NCBI GenBank assembly: GCA_965213705.1
Contig: OZ243913.1
Location: 160,001-224,000, forward strand
Source of the DNA: Trueperaceae bacterium
GTDB lineage: Bacteria > Deinococcota > Deinococci > Deinococcales > Trueperaceae
DNA: 64,000 nt
Reading direction: 5' to 3'
Shown here: positions 1-8,606 of the stretch, piece after piece
Numbering within the stretch: the stretch's first letter is position 1
Layout of the letters: each line of letters begins with the position of its first letter
The notes under the pieces: generated by a model
The model's database searches: none
Seen by the model: the letters and a program-made list of their open reading frames with translations, nothing else
Told to the model about the DNA's origin: nothing
Position numbers and translations under genes: made by a program

Positions 1-2
1 AA

Positions 3-47
3 GTTGCCGAACTTCACCCTGAAATTTTGCGGGAAATAGCAGCTTAA
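3..47 (+). CDS. 3' end of a gene running in from the left edge (…VAELHPEILREIAA*)
   Basis: Open frame from the window edge to TAA at 45-47, convergent with the 51..512 ORF; too short to assign. Confidence 0.35.
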   Translation, partial: VAELHPEILREIAA

Positions 48-50
48 AGG

Positions 51-512
51 TTACTCAGGGTCTTTGGGCAGTTCGCCCTGTTGAGCGGTGTCGCCTTGGC
101 TATTGTCCGCCCACTCCTCCTGCGGCTGAAAGTTGAAAAAGCGCAACTCCGGCACCGCCGCCCTGTCCTCAGCCGTCTCGCCGTCCCGCGGCGCGTCCAT
201 CGTGTAGTGCCCGATGGAGCTGATGAGCACGTTTGTCTTGATTTCGGTTCGCTCACTGTCACCGGGGTCGTCGAGTCGGCCCGAGTAGACGACCGGGGTG
301 CCCTGTTCGTAAGCCTGCTCGAGGGCCTGCAGGTCGCCGCCCGCTTGGCCTATCTCCAAGTGCCAGGTGCCGGTCACGTCGGTTACTTCGTCCTGTTGCC
401 CGCGGACTACTTGCAGGGTGCCCCGCCCAGGAACTCCGCCCAGTTCGGCCGGACCGGTCTCCGCACTGGGGGCGGCCTCGCCTGCGCTCAAGTCGTCCAT
501 GTCGAAACTCAT
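51..512 (-). CDS. Acidic hypothetical protein (153 aa)
   Basis: GAGGAGG RBS before ATG; typical codon usage; no recognisable motif. Confidence 0.75.
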   Translation of the reverse strand: MSFDMDDLSAGEAAPSAETGPAELGGVPGRGTLQVVRGQQDEVTDVTGTWHLEIGQAGGDLQALEQAYEQGTPVVYSGRLDDPGDSERTEIKTNVLISSIGHYTMDAPRDGETAEDRAAVPELRFFNFQPQEEWADNSQGDTAQQGELPKDPE

Positions 513-636
513 TTAGGGCCTCCTCTGAAACGTGGTTTTTCTTGTCGTGCAGTGTAACACCCTCTCGAGCCCCTAGGATAAGGGGTCAAAAAAACCCGCA
601 GCCAGGAGGAGGGCCGCGGGGAGGAGGTGTACGGGA

Positions 637-669
637 AGTATAGGGTTCAAACCCTTACAAATTTCTTAC
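637..669 (-). promoter_or_regulatory. Direct-repeat box GTAAG-AAATTT-GTAAG (654-669) plus -10 TATACT (637-642)
   Basis: One of six copies with identical 11-nt box-to--10 spacing; overlaps the mutM stop codon. Confidence 0.7.
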
Positions 670-1487
670 TTGCGCCGCGGCAGCTGACACTTCGGGCAAA
701 AGTGCGTGCCTCGCCCGGCCACGACGATTTTCGAAATCGGCGTGCCGCAGCGGGGACAGGGTGCCTCTTTTTGGCCGTAGGCGTTGAGTTCGTCCAGGTA
801 CGCCCCGACCTCGCCGTTGACGGTGCGGTAGTCGCGCAGGGTCGTGCCCTGAACCGCAATCGAGGCGGTAAGCACGTCTTTAATCATCGTCACCAGGAGC
901 GGGATTTGCCGTTTAGGGACGCGGTTCGAAGGGGTCAGCGGGTGGATTTTGCTCGCCCATAGCGCCTCGTCCGCGTAGATGTTGCCGACGCCCGACACGG
1001 GTTTTTGGCTCAGGAGGTAGGTTTTGACGGCGACGCTGGACTTAGCGAGCGCTTCGGCAAGCTGTTCGGGGTTGAAGGCGTCGCTCAGCGGTTCCGGCCC
1101 CATCGCGTGCAGGGTCGGCAAGCTTGTATAGTCGCCCGTCGGCACGACCAGAAAGCGCCCGAAGCGGCGCGCGTCTTGAAAGTAGAGGGTAGGGTTCTCG
1201 CCCTCGTCAAGCTCGAGCCTCACCCGCACGTGCTTACCGGGGTCGCGCGGACTGACGATGCCGGTCATGCCTAAGTGGACGACCATTTCGTCGCCGCGCT
1301 CGAGCGGCAACAGGAGAAACTTGCCGCGCCGGTTCACGGCGTCGATGCGCTGCCCGGCGGCGCGTTCCAGACCGGCGTACTTCGGGCCCGGCGGCGCGTC
1401 GACGCGCTCGGCTCTCAGGATGGTCCGCCCGGTAAGCCAGGGCGCTAGCTCGCGTCGGACGGTTTCGACTTCGGGAAGTTCGGGCAA
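666..1487 (-). CDS. mutM: Formamidopyrimidine-DNA glycosylase
   Basis: N-terminal PELPEVET, HLGMTG, GVGNIYADE, C-terminal CPRC…CPKCQ zinc finger. Confidence 0.97.
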   Translation of the reverse strand: MPELPEVETVRRELAPWLTGRTILRAERVDAPPGPKYAGLERAAGQRIDAVNRRGKFLLLPLERGDEMVVHLGMTGIVSPRDPGKHVRVRLELDEGENPTLYFQDARRFGRFLVVPTGDYTSLPTLHAMGPEPLSDAFNPEQLAEALAKSSVAVKTYLLSQKPVSGVGNIYADEALWASKIHPLTPSNRVPKRQIPLLVTMIKDVLTASIAVQGTTLRDYRTVNGEVGAYLDELNAYGQKEAPCPRCGTPISKIVVAGRGTHFCPKCQLPRRK

Positions 1488-1501
1488 GGGGTATCACCTC
1501 A

Positions 1502-1590
1502 AAGAAGTACCGAGTACCGAGTGGAAAGTAGAAAGTGAAAAAGAAAGTTCTAGCCTTTTCGCCTCTGCTCCTCTGCGCTTTCGGCTCGAG
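1502..1590. repeat. AGTACCG-heptamer-based intergenic repeat with imperfect hairpin
   Basis: AAGAAGTACCGAGTACCGAGT…; related units at 16738-16835 and inverted at 61710-61723. Confidence 0.5.
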
Positions 1591-1693
1591 ACGGTTCACC
1601 AACAGAAGCGTCCAACTTGCCTAGAGTCTACCGCGCGCCGAATTGCAGCGCCGTCGGCACCTCGACATGCCACGGTAGTGCTAGCCTGGGCGC

Positions 1694-3112
1694 ATGTCAC
1701 GCTTCGACGCCGCCGTGGTGGGTTCCGGGCCGAACGGGCTGGCCGCGGGAATCGTGCTCGCCCAGGCCGGGCTCAAGGTCGCGTTGTACGAGGCGCGCGA
1801 GACCGTCGGCGGCGGGATGCGTACTGCTGAACTCACGCTGCCAGGGTTCAAGCACGACGTTTGCTCGGCGATTCACCCGCTCGGGGTGGGCTCGCCGTTT
1901 TTCAGGACGTTGCCGCTTGAAAACTACGGCCTCGAGTGGGTCTACCCGGACGCGCCCCTGGCGCATCCGCTGGACGGCGGGGCGGTAGTGCTCGAGCGGT
2001 CGTTGGACGCGACGCTGGAAAACTTGGGCGAGGACGCCAGGGCCTACGAAGCGCTGTTCGCGCCCCTCGTCGAGCACTGGGAAGGACTTGCTGGCGACTT
2101 TCTCGGGCCGCTGTTGCGCTTTCCGCAGCACCCCCTGACGCTCGCCCGTTTCGGCGTGCGGGCGCTGCCGAGCGCGACGCTGTTGGCGAACACGGTGTTC
2201 AAGGGCGAACGGGCGCGGGCGCTGTTTGCAGGCCTGGCGGCGCATTCCATTTTGCCGCTCGAGGCCCCCGCGACCGCCGCCTTTGGGCTCGTGTTGGGGC
2301 TGCTTGGGCACGCGGTCGGCTGGCCGTTTCCGAAGGGCGGGGCGCAGGTGTTCGCCGACGCCCTCAGCGCGCACTTCAGGACGCTCGGCGGCGAGGTTTT
2401 TACGGGTGCGAAGGTCGAATCGCTCGAGGGGCTCGAGGCCAAAACCGTCCTGTTAGATGTCGGGGCCAAGCAGTTTTTGGGCATGGCGGACGACAGCTTG
2501 CCGAGTGATTACCGGCGGGCGCTCGAGCGCTACCGCCACGGCGCGGGCGTGTTCAAGCTCGACTACGCCCTCAGCGGCCCGGTGCCCTGGCGGGACGAGG
2601 CTTGCTTGCGCGCCGGGACGGTTCACGTGGGCGGAACGCTGAACGAGATTGCCGCTTCGGAACGGGCCATGAAACGGGGTGAAGTCCCTGAGCGGCCCTA
2701 CGTCTTGGTCGCGCAGCAAAGTTTGTTCGACCCCAGCCGCGCACCCGAGGGCAAGCACACCTTGTGGGCGTACTGCCACGTGCCGAACGGCTCGGCGGCG
2801 GACATGACGGAGGCGGTCGAGGCGCAGCTCGAGCGCTTCGCCCCCGGTTTTCGGGAGCGCGTGCTGGCGCGGCACACCATGAACGCTCCGGCTTTCGAGA
2901 GCTACAACCCCAACTACGTCGGCGGCGACATCAACGGCGGCGCGGCTAGTTTGTGGCAACTCTTGGCGCGGCCCGTCCCGCGCCCGAATCCTTACAAGAC
3001 ACCCTTGGACGGCGTTTACCTGTGCTCCGCCTCGACGCCTCCGGGTGGCGGCGTCCACGGCATGTGCGGTTACCACGCGGCGCGGGCGGCGCTGCGCGAA
3101 GTGTTGGGTTGA
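1694..3112 (+). CDS. FAD-dependent oxidoreductase, phytoene desaturase-like family
   Basis: VVGSGPNGLAA FAD motif, HDVCSAIHP, C-terminal STPPGGGVHGMCG. Confidence 0.88.
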   Translation: MSRFDAAVVGSGPNGLAAGIVLAQAGLKVALYEARETVGGGMRTAELTLPGFKHDVCSAIHPLGVGSPFFRTLPLENYGLEWVYPDAPLAHPLDGGAVVLERSLDATLENLGEDARAYEALFAPLVEHWEGLAGDFLGPLLRFPQHPLTLARFGVRALPSATLLANTVFKGERARALFAGLAAHSILPLEAPATAAFGLVLGLLGHAVGWPFPKGGAQVFADALSAHFRTLGGEVFTGAKVESLEGLEAKTVLLDVGAKQFLGMADDSLPSDYRRALERYRHGAGVFKLDYALSGPVPWRDEACLRAGTVHVGGTLNEIAASERAMKRGEVPERPYVLVAQQSLFDPSRAPEGKHTLWAYCHVPNGSAADMTEAVEAQLERFAPGFRERVLARHTMNAPAFESYNPNYVGGDINGGAASLWQLLARPVPRPNPYKTPLDGVYLCSASTPPGGGVHGMCGYHAARAALREVLG

Positions 3113-3235
3113 AGTCAAGCAGGTTTGCTTAAACAAACTACGTTTTGACAAGGCTGACGACGGGGTGACACGTTTGAGGTGATGGGTTGTGACTTACACC
3201 GTCAATCTTCTCCTCGGTCTGTTTATTCGCGCTGT

Positions 3236-4342
3236 TTATGCGTACAGGTAAAATCCGTTTTTGCCCCGTTTTTTGGCGCAGTACATCGCCTGGTCGGCCT
3301 GCGCGAGTAGGGCGTCGGGCGTGCCTGTAGTCGTTTGATAAATCGCAAAACCGACGCTGGCACTAACTTGGTATTCAACGCCTTTTAAGTCGAAGGGAGC
3401 TTGCAGCGTTTCTATCAACTTGGCGGCCACGGCGTTGACCCCTGCGGGCGTGGTAGCCGCCGGTAACAGCGCCGCAAACTCGTCACCGCTGATGCGCGCC
3501 AGCAAGTCTGCGGCGCGCAACTGCGTTTTCAAACGGGCGGCGACCTCTTTGAGAAGCAGGTCGCCTGCATGGTGACCAAGGGTGTCGTTGACCGTTTTAA
3601 AGTTGTCGAGGTCGATGAACGCCAGCGCAAACCCGCCCTGGTCGCGCTGAGCACTTTTGCAGGCCTGCGTTAAGTGAGTGTCGAACAGCAGCCGGTTGGG
3701 CAGTCCGGTCAGAGGGTCTTTGTAGGCCAGCTCGGCCACCGCCTCCGCACGGGCGCGCACCTGGTTGCTGACCTCTAAAAAGTGAGTAAGTGTGTAGAGC
3801 ATGGCAATATACACACCGCCCAAGGTGGGCACAGACAATAGAAACCCCTGGACGACGTCGTGCTCTGCTCGCGCGGGCGTCAGGTGCAACAAGTAAGGAG
3901 CGGCGAGCGCCAAGGTGCTGGCTATAAACAGGAGTGAGACTTGCAAACCTCGCCGCCTTTTGAAAGCTAAAAACGACCACACGTAAATGGGCGGCGAGAA
4001 CATCAAAAAAGCCTCGAGGTAAATTCGCATGTGAGGCTCTGACCTGCCGTACAGCAACTGCTCGAGCACCAGCAAGTTGTAGCTGCACAAAACGGCTAAA
4101 ATGCCCCACTCGACCAGTTTCAAGCTGTCCGGACGCACCCACAGCAAAAGTGCCAAAAGAGCGAGCGCGGCAAGAACCACCGGAACCAGCGTTTCATAGA
4201 AACTTTGAAACCATAAAAAGCCGCCCAGCAGCGTTTGGGATAGGCCCGCAGCGAAACCCAGCAGCAGGGCGACAAGGTAAAAGCTGCGCCGAGAGCGCTC
4301 TTCCAGAGCCGGGGGTTGGGGTTTGTTCGGGGCAGCGTACAA
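3236..4342 (-). CDS. Membrane-bound diguanylate cyclase (multi-TM plus GGDEF)
   Basis: Several hydrophobic helices, DPLTGLPNR, DLDNFKTVND, SGDEF active site. Confidence 0.9.
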   Translation of the reverse strand: MYAAPNKPQPPALEERSRRSFYLVALLLGFAAGLSQTLLGGFLWFQSFYETLVPVVLAALALLALLLWVRPDSLKLVEWGILAVLCSYNLLVLEQLLYGRSEPHMRIYLEAFLMFSPPIYVWSFLAFKRRRGLQVSLLFIASTLALAAPYLLHLTPARAEHDVVQGFLLSVPTLGGVYIAMLYTLTHFLEVSNQVRARAEAVAELAYKDPLTGLPNRLLFDTHLTQACKSAQRDQGGFALAFIDLDNFKTVNDTLGHHAGDLLLKEVAARLKTQLRAADLLARISGDEFAALLPAATTPAGVNAVAAKLIETLQAPFDLKGVEYQVSASVGFAIYQTTTGTPDALLAQADQAMYCAKKRGKNGFYLYA

Positions 4343-4352
4343 GGTAGCAAAC

Positions 4353-4385
4353 AGTGTAAGTCAGCAGACGTCACAAAACTCTTAC
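4353..4385 (-). promoter_or_regulatory. Direct-repeat box GTAAG-AGTTTT-GTGAC (4370-4385) plus -10 TACACT (4353-4358)
   Basis: 11-nt spacing; directly upstream of the GGDEF gene. Confidence 0.75.
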
Positions 4386-4533
4386 ACTTCGTCGGCACTC
4401 AGCGGCCCGCGTCGCGCTGCCGGGAGTCGTGCAGCTAAAAAAGCACAAAGGCAAACCCGCTCTACCGGCCGCCGGGGACGGCAGCGGTTCGCCGCTCTTT
4501 TTTTCTCTGTAGCCGCTTGGTTTATCATGCGCT

Positions 4534-6516
4534 ATGACCGACGTTTTGGAACCACCGCTCATCCCGCGCAAGCTGCTGTTCGGCAACCCCGAAAAAACGC
4601 AGGCGCGCCTCAGCCCGGACGGCACCCAACTCAGCTTTTTGGCGCCGCTGGACGGCGTGCTGAACGTTTTCATAGGGCCGGTGGGCGACGCGAGCGCGGC
4701 CCGGCCCGTCACTTTCGACAAACAGCGCGGCGTTCGCCAGCACGTCTGGGCCTACACGAACACCGACGTTCTTTATTTGCAAGACCAGGGCGGCGACGAG
4801 AACTGGCACCTCTACCGGGTCAACTTGTCCAGCGGCGAAACGCTCGACCTCACGCCGCTGGACGGGGTACAGGCGCAAATTCAGCACCTCAGCCCCGAGT
4901 TTCCGAACGAAGTGCTCGTCTTGCTCAACGACCGCGACCCGGCGGCCCACGACCTGTACCGGGTTGACGTAAACACCGGCGAGCGGAAAATCGTGCTGCA
5001 AAACGACGAGGGTTTTTTAGAACTCGTCAGCGACGAACAGTTTCGGGTGCGCTTCGGCGTGCGCATGACCCTCGACGGCGGCTCGGACATCTTCCAGCGC
5101 ACCGAGGTCGACACGTGGGCGAGCTACGCCTCGGTGGTGTTGGAAGACCAGCTGACCACGACGCCGGTCGGGGTGGCCGGCACCACCTTGTACCTGCTCG
5201 ACAGCCGCGGGCGCGACACGGGCGCGCTGTTCGACATAGACTTAGCGAACGGCGACCGCACGGTGTTGCTGGCCGACGAGCGCGTCGACGTCAGCGACGT
5301 GCTACGCCACCCGCGCACCCAGCGTGTTCAAGCCGCCGCCGTAGACTTTGAGAAAAAGCGCTGGGTCGCGCTCGACCCGGACATCGAAGCGGACTTGAAG
5401 TATTTGGGGACGGTCGCCGAGGGCGTGTTCGACGTCGTCGACCGCACCCTCATGGACGACGCCTGGATAGTCGCCTACCGCCCCGACGACGGCCCCGCGA
5501 GCTACTACTTGTACGAGCGGCCGGGGCTGAAAGCGCGGTTTTTGTTCTTCGACAAACCCGCCCTCGAGCCCGTCCCACTCGCCAAGCTGCACCCGGTCGT
5601 CATTCCTGCGCGGGACGGACTTGAGCTGATGAGCTACCTCACGCTTCCCTTAAACAGCCACGAAAACAGCGACCCGGACGGTTTGCCGCGGCCTGCACAA
5701 CCCCTGCCGACGGTGCTGCTCGTTCACGGCGGCCCCTGGGGGCGCGACGGCTGGGGTTTCGACCCGTACCACCAGCTCCTCGCCAACCGCGGCTACGCGG
5801 TGTTGAGCGTGAACTTTCGCGGCTCGACCGGTTTCGGCAAGGCGTTCGTCAACGCGGGCAACTTGGCCTGGGGCCGGGAGATGCACGACGACCTGCTCGA
5901 CGCGGTCGCCTGGGCGGTTGCAAAAGGCGTCGCGCAGGCGGACAAAGTCGCCATCATGGGCGGCTCTTACGGGGGTTACGCGGCGCTGGTGGGTCTCGCT
6001 TTCACGCCCGACGTGTTCGCGGCGGGCGTGGACATCGTGGGGCCGTCGAACCTCGTGACCCTGCTCGAGTCTATTCCGCCCTACTGGGCACCGATGCTCA
6101 ACATGCTCGCCACCCGCGTCGGCGACCCCCGCACCGAGGCGGGCCGAGAACTGTTGACGGAGCGCTCGCCCGTCAACCACGCCGACCGCATCGTCAAACC
6201 GCTCCTCATCGGCCAGGGCGCGAATGACCCGCGCGTCAAGCGGGCCGAGTCCGACGGCATCGTTCAGGCGCTGGAGAACAACGAGGTCCCGGTGACTTAC
6301 GTCCTTTATCCCGACGAAGGCCACGGCTTCGCCCGGCCCGAAAACGCGCTGTCGTTCAACGCCGTCGTCGAGGCGTTTTTGGCTCAGCACCTGGGCGGAC
6401 GCTTCGAGCCCGTGGGGAAAGATTTTGCGGGCTCGAGCCTCGAAGTCCTGAGCGGCTTGGACGGCGTGCCGGGTTTGGCGGAGGCCGTGACGGCCAAAAC
6501 AGAGGCCGAAGCGTGA
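4534..6516 (+). CDS. S9 family (dipeptidyl/acylaminoacyl) serine peptidase
   Basis: VHGGPW, GGSYGG nucleophile, DPRV, DEGHG; leaderless TATCAT-N5-ATG start. Confidence 0.93.
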   Translation: MTDVLEPPLIPRKLLFGNPEKTQARLSPDGTQLSFLAPLDGVLNVFIGPVGDASAARPVTFDKQRGVRQHVWAYTNTDVLYLQDQGGDENWHLYRVNLSSGETLDLTPLDGVQAQIQHLSPEFPNEVLVLLNDRDPAAHDLYRVDVNTGERKIVLQNDEGFLELVSDEQFRVRFGVRMTLDGGSDIFQRTEVDTWASYASVVLEDQLTTTPVGVAGTTLYLLDSRGRDTGALFDIDLANGDRTVLLADERVDVSDVLRHPRTQRVQAAAVDFEKKRWVALDPDIEADLKYLGTVAEGVFDVVDRTLMDDAWIVAYRPDDGPASYYLYERPGLKARFLFFDKPALEPVPLAKLHPVVIPARDGLELMSYLTLPLNSHENSDPDGLPRPAQPLPTVLLVHGGPWGRDGWGFDPYHQLLANRGYAVLSVNFRGSTGFGKAFVNAGNLAWGREMHDDLLDAVAWAVAKGVAQADKVAIMGGSYGGYAALVGLAFTPDVFAAGVDIVGPSNLVTLLESIPPYWAPMLNMLATRVGDPRTEAGRELLTERSPVNHADRIVKPLLIGQGANDPRVKRAESDGIVQALENNEVPVTYVLYPDEGHGFARPENALSFNAVVEAFLAQHLGGRFEPVGKDFAGSSLEVLSGLDGVPGLAEAVTAKTEAEA

Positions 6517-7598
6517 GGGCGGCTTCGGCCTCAGCTCTGGTCATCGTCGTTGTTTTAACGCTTCTCCAAACTGCGGTGTTTGCCCAAGACGCGTCCTTGC
6601 AGGTGGGTGTTTCAGAACTGCCGCCGTTCGCGTTTCAAACGGACGGGCAGTGGGACGGCGTCGCCGTGACGTTGTGGCGCGAGGTGGCGGACGACCTCGG
6701 CTTGGAGTTCGAGTTTGTGGCGACCGAGCCCGACGCGCTCGTTGGGGCGGTTGCGGACGGGACGCTCGACCTCGGGCTTACCGGCACCGCGACGGCCGAG
6801 GCCGAGGCGAGGGCCGACTTCTCGTATCCCTACTACACCACCACCTTGAGCGTGGCGACGCCGCGCGCGCAGAGCCTGTGGAACACGCTCAGGGGACTGT
6901 TCACGGCACGCTTTTTCAGGGTGGTGCTGTTTTTGTCGGTTCTGTTGCTCGTCGTCGGGGCGCTCGTGTGGCTGATAGAGCGCGGCGGCAACGAGGATTT
7001 CGGCGGCGAGCACAGCGCGCTGCAGGGCGTCGGCGCGGGTTTTTGGTGGGCGGCCGTGACCATGACGACGATTGGCTACGGCGACAAAGCGCCCGCCACC
7101 TTTTGGGGCCGCGCGCTGGCCTTTTTGTGGATGCTGCTGGCAATGGGCATTACCGCCAGCCTCACCGCCGCGCTCGTCTCGGTGGTGGGCGCGGGGGCGG
7201 GCGGTAGTCTGTCGGTGCCGAGCGACCTGCGGGGGACGAAGGTCGGCGTTGTGGCGGACACGCCCGCCGCGTCTTACCTGGAAGGAGAAGGTATAGGGTT
7301 CCGGGCGTTCGACACACCCTTGGCGGGTCTGCGCGCCTTACAGCAGGGCGACTTGGACGCGTTCCTGGCAAGCGACGCGACCCTTCGCTACCTAAAGAGC
7401 GAGAACTCGAGCCTCACCTTTCGCCGCACCGAAACAAACACCCGGCCGCAGCGCTACGCTTTCGTGTTACCCCAGGCCGACGCACAGACAAGCCCTAGCC
7501 GCGACCTGAACCGTGAAGACTTGAACCGTGTGCTCCTGACGCGCCTCAACGCCCAGCCCTGGGGGAGGTTGTTAGAGCGCTACCTGCTCAACGAGTAA
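6513..7598 (+). CDS. Substrate-binding domain fused to a K+ channel pore (GluR0-like ligand-gated channel)
   Basis: Signal peptide, split periplasmic-binding domain around TM-pore-TM with WWAAVTMTTIGYGD filter. Confidence 0.85.
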   Translation: MRAASASALVIVVVLTLLQTAVFAQDASLQVGVSELPPFAFQTDGQWDGVAVTLWREVADDLGLEFEFVATEPDALVGAVADGTLDLGLTGTATAEAEARADFSYPYYTTTLSVATPRAQSLWNTLRGLFTARFFRVVLFLSVLLLVVGALVWLIERGGNEDFGGEHSALQGVGAGFWWAAVTMTTIGYGDKAPATFWGRALAFLWMLLAMGITASLTAALVSVVGAGAGGSLSVPSDLRGTKVGVVADTPAASYLEGEGIGFRAFDTPLAGLRALQQGDLDAFLASDATLRYLKSENSSLTFRRTETNTRPQRYAFVLPQADAQTSPSRDLNREDLNRVLLTRLNAQPWGRLLERYLLNE

Positions 7599-7627
7599 CG
7601 ACCGAGTCAACTACCTGGCGAGCAACG

Positions 7628-8236
7628 CTAAGGCAGACCCTGTGGCAGCCAGAACACCAGCGCCGCGCAGGACACGCCTACAAAGAAGCCCCACACCACG
7701 TCGGGCACCGTGTGACGGCCTAAGTAGACGCGGGACCAAGCGACCAACCCGCACAGCGCAAACAGCAGCGCCCCAACCGGCGGTTGCAAAAAGGCGAGGA
7801 AGGTCGCGCAGGCCGCGTCGGTCAGGACGTGCAGACTCACCTTGTGGACGAGCAGGTTGACAAACGCCCCCACCGTAATCGCGACGAGCGCCGTAACAAG
7901 CGCCCACCACACGATTTCAGGTGCGGGCAGTACGGCGAGGGCGGCCAACAGAGCGACCATCGTCAGCCCGGCCATGACGTAAAGCGTGTGGCGGTCCTCG
8001 CGGCGCGACACGTCCCAGTCCTCGTAGCGCCCGCGCCGCACGCGAAACTGGATAAACGCGAACAAGGGCACCAGCGTCGTGCCGCAGGCGAAACAAGTCC
8101 ACAGCGTCGCCTCCAACGAGGTCGCCCCGGACAACCGCTGCACCGCGAACAGGGACAGCGGCGCGACAAACAGCGGGTGGAGCGCGCGCGACGCCCACAC
8201 GGCGATAAACTTTGGAACGGGCGAAAGCTCAGACAA
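7628..8236 (-). CDS. PAP2-like membrane protein
   Basis: KVSLH and WSRVYLGRHT motifs, multiple TMs. Confidence 0.75.
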   Translation of the reverse strand: MSELSPVPKFIAVWASRALHPLFVAPLSLFAVQRLSGATSLEATLWTCFACGTTLVPLFAFIQFRVRRGRYEDWDVSRREDRHTLYVMAGLTMVALLAALAVLPAPEIVWWALVTALVAITVGAFVNLLVHKVSLHVLTDAACATFLAFLQPPVGALLFALCGLVAWSRVYLGRHTVPDVVWGFFVGVSCAALVFWLPQGLP

Positions 8237-8303
8237 ACTGGGTCCGAGCGTAACCGCGCGCGTGCGCCTCTATAAAGGGTTCTTTCACAGCGTTTAGGTT
8301 TAC

Positions 8304-8567
8304 CTAAATGCCCATGCCGCTGAGCTGCATCATGAGCTGGTTCAGGGTGAGCGTGAGGCGCGGGTGCTCGGCCTCGAAGTGCGTTACGGAACCTGACAAG
8401 TCGTCCAAAAGAGAGGTTTTGTGCTCAGCGTCGTCGGGGTCGTCCAGGTGCCTCTCGACGGCCCCGATGTGGCGCTCGAGCCGCGCCCGGTCAGTGTCGC
8501 CGGGGGGCAGCGCGTCCGCCTCGGCGCGGAGGTCGTCAAGCGTTCGTTGCCACTCGTCATGAGTCAT
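8304..8567 (-). CDS. Small helical protein, DUF4404-like
   Basis: FEAEHPRLT…LSGMGI C-terminus; leaderless TATCGT-N6-ATG. Confidence 0.75.
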   Translation of the reverse strand: MTHDEWQRTLDDLRAEADALPPGDTDRARLERHIGAVERHLDDPDDAEHKTSLLDDLSGSVTHFEAEHPRLTLTLNQLMMQLSGMGI

Positions 8568-8606
8568 ATATTTACGATACTGCGCTCGAGAGGGCTTGTC
8601 CAGCCT

